DNA of 40,904 bases from positions 1 to 40,904 of the IMG/VR virus record IMGVR_UViG_3300044698_000273. One strand, given 5' to 3'. Below the pieces are notes generated by a model. It was not told the DNA's origin, made no database searches, and was given only the letters and a program-made list of their open reading frames with translations. Of the stretch, positions 10,023 through 16,906 are shown piece after piece. The position numbers and the translations under genes are program-made. Each line of letters begins with the position of its first letter. The first letter of the stretch is position 1. This DNA is from a virus (taxonomy: Duplodnaviria > Caudoviricetes).

Positions 10023-10318
10023 TGGACTTAATCTTGCGGGTAAAGGAGTTGTATTTCTCTCAGATCAAATCCGGAGCCAAGCCGGAAGAGTACCGACTGA
10101 GAACCGCATACTGGCGCAAGAGGATTGAGGGAAAGCAGTTTGACCGGGTGATCGTGACCTGTGGGTACCCAAAGAGCACCGATGTCGAGCGCATCCTGGT
10201 GTTGCCCTGGAAAGGGTACACGGAAAAGACGATCACGCATCCGCTATTCGGGACGGATCCGGTCGAGGTGTTTGCGATTGATGTTTCAAAAACAGAGGGG
10301 AGCAATGGCCAAGAATAG
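10022..10318 (+). CDS. ASCH/PUA-like domain protein
   Basis: LRVKELYFSQIKSGAKPEEYR (GxKxxExR motif), YWRKRI, GYP. Confidence 0.85.
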   Translation: MDLILRVKELYFSQIKSGAKPEEYRLRTAYWRKRIEGKQFDRVIVTCGYPKSTDVERILVLPWKGYTEKTITHPLFGTDPVEVFAIDVSKTEGSNGQE

Positions 10319-11027
10319 CGGGATAGACTGGACAGACCATACCTGGAACCCCTGGCAAGGCTGCCGCAAGGTTTCGCCTGGCTGCGCCAACTGCTACATG
10401 TACCGGGATAAGGCACGGTATGGGCAAGACCCGACAACGGTGGTGCGCTCAAAGCCAGGCACATTCAACGCGCCGTTGCACTGGAAAGATCCCGCCCGCG
10501 TGTTTGTCTGCTCCTGGTCTGATTTTTTCATTGAGGACGCCGACGATTGGCGGGATGAGGCATGGGAGATCATGCGCCGGACGCCACACCTGACCTATAT
10601 GCTCCTGACCAAGCGGGCCGAGAACATCAAAGACCGGTTGCCGCCTGATTGGCCGCTGAAAAATGTGTGGCTTGGCGTTACTGCCGAGAACCAGCAGACC
10701 GCAAACGAGAGGCTTGCTGTACTACTGTTTGACGTGCCAGCCACAAAACGGTTTGTCTCTGTTGAGCCGATGGTGGGGCCGGTTGACCTTGGACATGCTT
10801 TATGCAAAGCGTGGAGTGATGGTGGCGCAACCATGGGCCGCTATTTGGATTGGGTAATATGCGGCGGCGAGAGCGGCCCGGAGGCGCGGGAGATGCTGCC
10901 AGAATGGGCCTTGCTCCTGAAACGCCAGTGCGCCAGCAGCAATACCCCGTTTTTCATGAAGCAGATGAGCCGAAAAGCGCCCATTCCCGACTTTTTGCAG
11001 GGCCGGGAGTTTCCGGAAAGCATTTAA
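10305..11027 (+). CDS. DUF5131 / phage Gp37-Gp68 family protein, copy 2
   Basis: GAGGGG RBS; SGIDWTDHTWNPWQGCRKVSPGCANCY, VFVCSWSDFF, LLTKR, FVSVEP, WVICGGESG, FFMKQ. Confidence 0.92.
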   Translation: MAKNSGIDWTDHTWNPWQGCRKVSPGCANCYMYRDKARYGQDPTTVVRSKPGTFNAPLHWKDPARVFVCSWSDFFIEDADDWRDEAWEIMRRTPHLTYMLLTKRAENIKDRLPPDWPLKNVWLGVTAENQQTANERLAVLLFDVPATKRFVSVEPMVGPVDLGHALCKAWSDGGATMGRYLDWVICGGESGPEAREMLPEWALLLKRQCASSNTPFFMKQMSRKAPIPDFLQGREFPESI

Positions 11028-11079
11028 CGCCAGAAATACCGGGCGGCTTTAGCCGTCCGGTTGATTGTTTGGTTGGAAC
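11022..11079 (-). repeat. attC-like recombination site 1 (canonical orientation on the minus strand)
   Basis: Minus strand reads GTTCCAAC-CAAAC-AATCAACC-GGACGGCTAAAGCCGCC-CGGTATT-TCTGGC-GTTAAAT: R'' / 5-bp spacer / L'' / palindrome / L' / 6-bp spacer / R' GTTRRRY. Confidence 0.8.
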
Positions 11080-11098
11080 AGCGAACCACGGAGGGAAT

Positions 11099-11725
11099 AT
11101 GATTGACCTGAATGATTTTTGCCAGAAAGACGGAAGCCCCGCGATTGCGACACCCTGGACTGAAGGTAGGTGGACATATGCCAGCAACGGACACCTGCTG
11201 TTGCGTGTGGAACGACGGGAAGAGGTGCCGGAAAAAATTGAAGCGCCAAAAGTGTCCGGGACTTCTTTGGGCGAGGCACTAGAGAAACGACCCGGCATGC
11301 GGGTTGTGGTGCCTGAACTACATATAAGACCGGTGCCATGCTCGAAATGCAAAGGCACTGGGAAGCAGTACACTTGCCCGGAATGCGGGGGTGAAGGTGA
11401 GGTTACGCCAAGCACCGAGTGGAACAACTACGACGAACAGACCTGCTTGACTTGCGATGGCAATGGTCAGTTGAGCAAGGACCATTGGTTGAAGTTGATG
11501 CCAAAAAGGGCAAACCCGGCTGGCGACGACTGCCACAACTGCGACGGAACCGGTAAGACCTGTGTGGACAAGCCGGTTAAGATTGGTGAGGCGCTGTTTA
11601 CCGACAGCCTGCTGGCGATGATTGCCCCCTTGCCGCACTGCGAGATTGGCGTGATCGGCAGGATGGCTGCGTCACGGTTTAGGTTTGATGGTGGGGATGG
11701 TTTGATTATGCCCCGCTCGGAATAA
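11099..11725 (+). CDS. Cassette A gene: protein with DnaJ-type CxxCxGxG zinc-finger repeats
   Basis: GGAGGG RBS; CSKCKGTG, CPECGGEG, CLTCDGNG, CHNCDGTG; flanked by YASNGHLL and FRFDGGDGLIMP. Confidence 0.8.
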   Translation: MIDLNDFCQKDGSPAIATPWTEGRWTYASNGHLLLRVERREEVPEKIEAPKVSGTSLGEALEKRPGMRVVVPELHIRPVPCSKCKGTGKQYTCPECGGEGEVTPSTEWNNYDEQTCLTCDGNGQLSKDHWLKLMPKRANPAGDDCHNCDGTGKTCVDKPVKIGEALFTDSLLAMIAPLPHCEIGVIGRMAASRFRFDGGDGLIMPRSE

Positions 11726-11732
11726 ATTGAGC

Positions 11733-11795
11733 GTTCCAACACCAGAAATAACGGGCGGCTTTAGCCGTCCGGCTGATTGATTTGTTGTACTTCAA
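11733..11795 (-). repeat. attC-like recombination site 2
   Basis: 38 of 43 inner bases identical to site 1; minus strand TTGAAGTACAAC-AAATC-AATCAGCC-...-CGTTATT-TCTGGT-GTTGGAAC. Confidence 0.8.
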
Positions 11796-11812
11796 AGCCG
11801 AGGAGGAACGAT

Positions 11813-12016
11813 ATGCCGAAAGCAGCAATCGCCATAGACGACTGGAAGTTGCCTATTTTTGAGCGCCATTTGGTAGGTGCAGGGTACGAATTTGAGCAGC
11901 ACCCCGGCTTGACGAGTGACACACTGACACTGACCGTGGTGACTCCATCCGTAGAGGAGTTGGAAGTAGTTGTCCGGGCTGCAAACACTGAAGCGCAAAA
12001 GAGGAAACTGCAATGA
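11813..12016 (+). CDS. Cassette B gene 1: small hypothetical protein
   Basis: Strong AGGAGG RBS at 11801; 67 aa; ATGA overlap with the next gene. Confidence 0.75.
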   Translation: MPKAAIAIDDWKLPIFERHLVGAGYEFEQHPGLTSDTLTLTVVTPSVEELEVVVRAANTEAQKRKLQ

Positions 12017-12333
12017 GAAAACAACCAAAGACCTGTATGACCGATGGCGAAGCTGTGGACCCGAACCACCGGGAGATTGACCAGGCCACTGGCATGCAAA
12101 AGGGGTATGTCGTTTTGTGCCCGGAGGAGCGGGCCAAGGGGTTTGTCCGGCCAGTGCGCAGAAGTTACAAGCATACCAAGTGCGGCACTGTGACGACGAT
12201 GGGCCAAACACTGGCCGAGACCTACGCCCGAGACCCGAAGTTTTACAGCGGGACGTTCTGTTGTGGCTGTGGCACCCATTTCCCTGTTGCTGGTTTTACA
12301 TGGGAGCCAGATGGCTCCGTAGTGGGTTCTTGA
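12013..12333 (+). CDS. Cassette B gene 2: Zn-binding phage hypothetical protein
   Basis: YVVLCPEERAKGFVRPVRRSYKHTKCG...AETYARDPKFYSGTFCCGC; stop codon lies inside the cassette-end core. Confidence 0.75.
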   Translation: MRKQPKTCMTDGEAVDPNHREIDQATGMQKGYVVLCPEERAKGFVRPVRRSYKHTKCGTVTTMGQTLAETYARDPKFYSGTFCCGCGTHFPVAGFTWEPDGSVVGS

Positions 12334-12352
12334 AGTACAACATTGATTAGCC
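12330..12352 (-). other. Putative attI/attG-like insertion site bounding cassette B
   Basis: TTGAAGTACAAC (12330-12341) is the exact reverse complement of 11784-11795; no full attC hairpin follows; minus strand reads GGCTAATCAAT-G/TT. Confidence 0.55.
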
Positions 12353-12395
12353 AGCCGCCCGGTTGAGCTGATTGGACAACTTTTTTGGTGATGCG

Positions 12396-12719
12396 ATGAA
12401 CCAAGTGCAAATGGCAGCGAAACTCTACGATACCCGTGACACAATGCGGCGCTTCTTTGGGGATAAATACCAGGAGAAGGTGAACGAATATCGCCCTTAC
12501 CTGGAAGCTGAAGCAAAGAACCACGGCGGCCAGGTGCTCTCGGCCATGATTGCGCTGTGCCAGAAATTAAACGCCGATGGCGGAGGGCATGAAATAGCGG
12601 TGGCAATGATGATGGCAACAGCGGTGGAGATGGTTGCTGCCCGGAATGGTCTTATGGTTGACCCAGAAAAAGAAAAAGCAGCGGAAAAGGTCATGATCGC
12701 CGCCGGTTTCAGGTCATAA
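12396..12719 (+). CDS. Hypothetical protein
   Basis: Open frame with GGTGA RBS before ATG 12396; ends just before the terminase. Confidence 0.65.
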   Translation: MNQVQMAAKLYDTRDTMRRFFGDKYQEKVNEYRPYLEAEAKNHGGQVLSAMIALCQKLNADGGGHEIAVAMMMATAVEMVAARNGLMVDPEKEKAAEKVMIAAGFRS

Positions 12720-12723
12720 ATTA

Positions 12724-14655
12724 ATGACCGCCCCCCAACCCATCACCCTCACCGGATCGCCACCCTGGCTGCCGCTCTCGCTGCACCAGCGTCCTGCGCC
12801 GGTGCGTCTCGCCTTCCGATTTTCGGCGGCGGAGCGGCGCGTCTTCCGTAAGCGGCGCAAGATCAAGGTGTCGGAGTGGTGCGAGAAACACCGGGTTGTC
12901 ACCCTGAGTTCGCTGGCCGGGCCGTGGCGGAACGATATCACCCCGTATCTGGTCGGGATCATGGACGCCTCGTTTTTTGTCTCGGTCCGCGAGATCTCCA
13001 TCTGCGCCTCGCCGCAAACCGGTAAATCTGAGGCGGTCAATAACTGTATCGCCTACGCCGCTGACCGCGATCCCGGCCCGGTGATGTACATCTATCCGGA
13101 TGAGTTGACCGCCAAGGAAAACTGTAACGACCGCATCCAGCCGATGTTCACCTCCTCGCGTCGTCTGCGCGAACTCATGACCGGCCGGCAGGATGACGCA
13201 TCAAGTCTGCGGATCAACCTTAAACACATGCCCATCTACATGGCCTGGGCGAGTTCGGTCCCGCGCCTGAGCAATAAACCGATCCGCTTCCTTGATTTCG
13301 ATGAAATCGACAAATATCCTGAGTCCAACAAACGGGAGACCGACTCCATCCGGTCGGGCGAGGCCCGCAAAACCACCTACCGATGGAACTATAAGATCTG
13401 GAAATCATCCACCCCCTCGGTGGAGTCGGGCAATATCTGGCAAGCCCTGCTCACTGGCCAGGTGATCTTTGAGTATCGGGTGCGTTGCCCGCTTTGCAAC
13501 GGCGCCCAGATCATGAACTTTGAGGGGATCCGCTTCCCGGAGGATGAGCGCGACCCGAACATCATCGAGGCCCAGGGGCTCGCCTGGTATGAATGCTCGC
13601 ATTGCCATGCGCATTGGGACGACCACAAACGGGACCAGGCGGTGCGGCTCGGCGGTTGGGTGTCCAAGGGCGATGAGTGCCTGGAACTCTTCTCCTACCT
13701 GGAGAAATACCGCCCCCGCAAGATCGGTTTCCACCTCCCCTCCTGGCTGTCGCCCTTCGTGCCGCTGGCGGAGATCGCCGCAGCCTGGCTCAAGTGCCGC
13801 AAGCCGGGCACCAAGGTTATAGACAAAAATGCCCACAAGGATTTCTATAACCGCTATAAGGCCGAGCCGTGGCTGGAGCACCACCAGGAGCGGCTGGAAG
13901 ACCGGATCCTCGCCCTCTGCGACGACCGCCCCCGCGGCCTGGTGCCATCCGGTAACCGGGTCGCCTGCCTGCTCGGCACCGCCGACACCCAGGACAACGG
14001 CTTTTACTACAAAATTCGCGGATGGGGCTACGGCCTGGAGCAGGAGAGCTGGCTGATCCGCGAGGGGTTTGTTGATAGCTTTGAGGCCCTGGAGCAGGTC
14101 TTCTGGCATGACGAATACCGCGACGCCGCCGGCAAGCAGTATGTCCTGCACTTCTGCGCCATCGACGCCATGGGACACCGCACCAAGGAAGTTTACGACT
14201 GGTGCCGGGTGCGCAAAGGCAAGATCGTGCCGCTCAAGGGCGAGGAGCGCATGGCCACCCCGTTCTCCTGGTCCACCATCGACACCTATCCGGGCACGAA
14301 AAAGGCGATCCCCGGCGGCGTCCAGCTGCTGCGGATCAACACCAACTATTTCAAGGACAACCTGGCCACCAAGCTGGAGATCTTCCCGGCCGATCCCGGC
14401 GCCTGGCATCTGCACAAAGATTACACCTCGGACTGGGCCCAGCAGATGTGCGTCGAGTTCGTCAACCCGAAGGGGTCGTGGGAGTGTCCGGAGGGCAAAG
14501 CCAACCACGCCTTTGATATCGAAGTATACGGCCTCGCACTGGCGGATTTGGTGGAGGTGAAGTTTTGGAAAAGGCCGGAGGAAGTTGAAACACAGGCACT
14601 CACCCCGCCCCGGCCCGCCGCCCCGGTGCGATCGCAATACATGACCCGCACATGA
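12724..14655 (+). CDS. Terminase large subunit, lambda GpA family
   Basis: GPWRNDITPYL, Walker A SPQTGKSE, Walker B DEIDKYP, STPS, CPLC/CSHC Zn motifs, ADTQ, HAFDIEVY. Confidence 0.95.
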   Translation: MTAPQPITLTGSPPWLPLSLHQRPAPVRLAFRFSAAERRVFRKRRKIKVSEWCEKHRVVTLSSLAGPWRNDITPYLVGIMDASFFVSVREISICASPQTGKSEAVNNCIAYAADRDPGPVMYIYPDELTAKENCNDRIQPMFTSSRRLRELMTGRQDDASSLRINLKHMPIYMAWASSVPRLSNKPIRFLDFDEIDKYPESNKRETDSIRSGEARKTTYRWNYKIWKSSTPSVESGNIWQALLTGQVIFEYRVRCPLCNGAQIMNFEGIRFPEDERDPNIIEAQGLAWYECSHCHAHWDDHKRDQAVRLGGWVSKGDECLELFSYLEKYRPRKIGFHLPSWLSPFVPLAEIAAAWLKCRKPGTKVIDKNAHKDFYNRYKAEPWLEHHQERLEDRILALCDDRPRGLVPSGNRVACLLGTADTQDNGFYYKIRGWGYGLEQESWLIREGFVDSFEALEQVFWHDEYRDAAGKQYVLHFCAIDAMGHRTKEVYDWCRVRKGKIVPLKGEERMATPFSWSTIDTYPGTKKAIPGGVQLLRINTNYFKDNLATKLEIFPADPGAWHLHKDYTSDWAQQMCVEFVNPKGSWECPEGKANHAFDIEVYGLALADLVEVKFWKRPEEVETQALTPPRPAAPVRSQYMTRT

Positions 14656-14679
14656 CCCGTTAACCCCAGGAGCCTCAGC

Positions 14680-14916
14680 ATGACCAACACCCAGCCCCCC
14701 GCCGCCCTCTCGCCGAAAACGGAAATCCCGGAACTGATGTACGTCCACACCGTGGCAGAACGTTTGTGCTGCTCAACCAGGAAAATCTACACCCTCATCC
14801 AGGATAACGAGATCGAAGCCGTCCGCCTGGGCAAGCGCGGGGTGCGGGTGGTCAAGTCCAGCGTGGTAAAATATTTGGAGCGCGGCCATCTGGATCCGGA
14901 GGAGTATTTTCGCTGA
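14680..14916 (+). CDS. Excisionase-like winged-HTH DNA-binding protein (HTH_17 type)
   Basis: AGGAG RBS; LMYVHTVAERLCCSTRKIYTLIQDNEIEAVRLG..VRV. Confidence 0.85.
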   Translation: MTNTQPPAALSPKTEIPELMYVHTVAERLCCSTRKIYTLIQDNEIEAVRLGKRGVRVVKSSVVKYLERGHLDPEEYFR

Positions 14917-14952
14917 GTTGGTTGGTTCTGGCTCGGCCCAAATCGCAAAAAA

Positions 14953-15003
14953 ACACAATGTGTGTATTTATTTCTTGTAATAATACACATTGTGTGCTAT
15001 TTC
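14953..15003 (+). promoter_or_regulatory. Putative sigma70 promoter with two palindromic operators
   Basis: ACACA-A-TGTGT 14953-14963 and ACACA-T-TGTGT 14985-14995; -35 TTGTAA 14975-14980, 17-bp spacer, imperfect -10 TATTTC 14998-15003; AT-rich. Confidence 0.6.
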
Positions 15004-15053
15004 TGTTCTTGAAGGGGGGCGATAACGCCAACCGGAAAACCCAGGAGATAGAT

Positions 15054-15812
15054 ATGAAACCGATGCTTGCAAAAAACTATGAGACACAGAACGTGAAAGG
15101 CTGGTTGATGAGTGAAAAACTTGACGGGTGTCGTGCAATTTGGACAGGGTCCGAACTGCTGAGCCGTAACGGAAACAAGTTTTTTGCCCCTGTCTGGTTT
15201 ACTTCCCAGCTACCAGCAGACGTGGTGCTGGACGGCGAGCTATATATCGGCCGCGATTCATTTCAGCACGGCGTTGGAATCATCCGCAAAAAGAACCCTA
15301 TTGACGCCGAGTGGCAGACGATCCGCTATTGCGTGTTTGATGCCCCGGAACACAAAGGCGGCTTTGAAACGCGCATTGATTTCTGTGCCGAGATCCTGGC
15401 TGGGTGTGGGGTTGCCGAGGTGGTAGGGCAGACGGTCTGCAAGTGTGGTGCTCATTTACAAGAGTTTTTTTCTGACCTGGTAGCATTGGGGGCTGAAGGA
15501 GTTATGCTACGCCGACCAGGTTCTGGTTACGAGCAGAGACGATCTGATAGCCTGTTGAAGTTCAAGCCGTTTGGTTCCGACGAGGCCGAGGTGGTTGGCC
15601 ATCAGGCGGGCGAGGGGAAACACACCGGCCGCCTGGGAGCGCTGGTTTGTCGGTGGGGAAAAGTCGTTTTTAACGTGGGGACTGGCTTTTCTGATGCGCT
15701 GCGTGAAGCTCCGCCGCAGATAGGAGCTAAGGTTTCTTTTATGTTTCAGGGTTTGACTGATGGCGGCGTTCCCCGGTTTCCAGTTTTTATTGCCGAGCGA
15801 AATTACGAATGA
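15054..15812 (+). CDS. Minimal ATP-dependent DNA ligase (adenylation plus OB domain)
   Basis: AGGAG RBS; PMLA, motif I SEKLDG, LDGEL, VFDAP, AEGVMLR, RSDSLLKFK, VGTGFSD, PRFP. Confidence 0.93.
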   Translation: MKPMLAKNYETQNVKGWLMSEKLDGCRAIWTGSELLSRNGNKFFAPVWFTSQLPADVVLDGELYIGRDSFQHGVGIIRKKNPIDAEWQTIRYCVFDAPEHKGGFETRIDFCAEILAGCGVAEVVGQTVCKCGAHLQEFFSDLVALGAEGVMLRRPGSGYEQRRSDSLLKFKPFGSDEAEVVGHQAGEGKHTGRLGALVCRWGKVVFNVGTGFSDALREAPPQIGAKVSFMFQGLTDGGVPRFPVFIAERNYE

Positions 15813-16027
15813 GGACGGCGCAAGAGCTGAGAGAGTCCCGCAAGGCGGCGGGGCTTTCTCTAGCTGAATGCTGCCGCCTGACAGGAACGCCCAGAAACAC
15901 CTGGGCGAGCTGGGAAACAGAAGAGGGGAAGGGCAACGCACGAAGACCGCCACCCATCGCTTTTTCCTGGCTGGATTTGTACCAACGGTTTGTCGCACCC
16001 AGGGTGGAACAATTACTGGAGGATTAG
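15809..16027 (+). CDS. Xre/Cro-type HTH regulator
   Basis: LRESRKAAGLSLAECCRLTGTPRNTWASWE; ATGA-coupled to the ligase. Confidence 0.8.
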   Translation: MRTAQELRESRKAAGLSLAECCRLTGTPRNTWASWETEEGKGNARRPPPIAFSWLDLYQRFVAPRVEQLLED

Positions 16028-16028
16028 A

Positions 16029-16532
16029 ATGGACCAGATAGCATTGATGCAGATAGCAACTCGATTAGAGCCTGGGCAAGCGATTGAAATCAGCGCCCAC
16101 GACATGCGCGAAGCGGCGAAGGGTGATCTGTCATCGTTGATGTTCGACCAGGTGCGGCCAGGAGATGTTGAGATTTTCGCCGAGAAGATCGATAAAAACT
16201 GGGGTGTGCGGATGCGGCGCAACCCAATGACCGGCGCTTATACGATGAGCAAACAGATACCTTTTGATGAAATTGTTGAGCCGTCTTTTTCATGGGAATG
16301 CCTTGAAGAACATTCGTTGCCTGCTGGTTTTCTTTGGGGCTATGGCGTGATTTCAGATGATCCTGCCGCGCCCCATGGTAAACGGATGAATAACATTCAG
16401 GCCCGAATAGAAAGGCGCGAAGACGGAAAATGGAATTATATTGTTTTCGGGCCGCCAGTACGAGACGGCTTGGAGCCCTCCAAGGGCGAAGCGATGACCG
16501 CGTGTGAGTTCTGGATGCGGCGCAACAGGTAA
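16029..16532 (+). CDS. Hypothetical protein (moron cargo)
   Basis: GGAGG RBS; 167-aa ORF followed by a terminator. Confidence 0.65.
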   Translation: MDQIALMQIATRLEPGQAIEISAHDMREAAKGDLSSLMFDQVRPGDVEIFAEKIDKNWGVRMRRNPMTGAYTMSKQIPFDEIVEPSFSWECLEEHSLPAGFLWGYGVISDDPAAPHGKRMNNIQARIERREDGKWNYIVFGPPVRDGLEPSKGEAMTACEFWMRRNR

Positions 16533-16561
16533 TAGTCAGACGTAAAATTCTCAGTCTCCCC

Positions 16562-16586
16562 TCCCGGCTTTCGCCGGGATTTTTTT
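16562..16586 (+). terminator. Rho-independent terminator
   Basis: TCCCGGC-TTTC-GCCGGGA followed by T7. Confidence 0.85.
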
Positions 16587-16600
16587 GTCCTCTCCTAAAA

Positions 16601-16640
16601 TTTAAGCGCACCAAGCGCATGGAGTGTCTTTAAGCGCACC
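16601..16640 (+). promoter_or_regulatory. Direct-repeat protein binding sites upstream of the head operon
   Basis: TTTAAGCGCACC at 16601 and 16629; AAGCGCA at 16604, 16613, 16632. Confidence 0.55.
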
Positions 16641-16683
16641 CCGTACATTTTCTTTTCCCTCGCCATGGTGGACAATCCCCCCC

Positions 16684-16905
16684 ATGGCATACAACCAGAC
16701 CGACCTCGACAACATCCAGGCAGCGATCACCGCCCTGGTCACCGGCAAGCGGCGCACCAGCGCCACCATCGCGGGGAACCGCATCGACTATGCCCCGGTG
16801 GACCTCCCCCAGCTCCGCGCCATGCGGGCCGAGGTCCAGGCCGAACTGAATCTTGCCGCCGGCCGCACCCGCTTCGTGCTGGTTTCGACCAGCAAGGGGG
16901 TCTAG
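16684..16905 (+). CDS. Head-tail joining protein (gpW-like)
   Basis: MAYNQTDLDNIQAAITALVTG...RIDY...LPQL; directly upstream of the portal. Confidence 0.8.
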   Translation: MAYNQTDLDNIQAAITALVTGKRRTSATIAGNRIDYAPVDLPQLRAMRAEVQAELNLAAGRTRFVLVSTSKGV

Positions 16906-16906
16906 C

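Noticed and set aside
10011-11028. ASCH plus DUF5131 copy 2 as a third cassette in + orientation
   Set aside because: It would need an upstream GTTAAATG core; the best candidate seen, GTTGATGG at 10018, is not complementary to CATTTAAC
10850-11098. N-terminal extensions in the ORF track (10850, 10161, 11777, 14922, 16624, 16853, 24952, 25289, 34813)
   Set aside because: They overlap upstream genes or regulatory DNA; downstream starts have better RBS or translational coupling and were used instead
11022-11795. Repeats as a CRISPR array or simple terminators
   Set aside because: Only two copies, separated by about 650 bp containing a whole gene; no cas genes; no clean U-tract; unit-specific complementary cores fit attC instead
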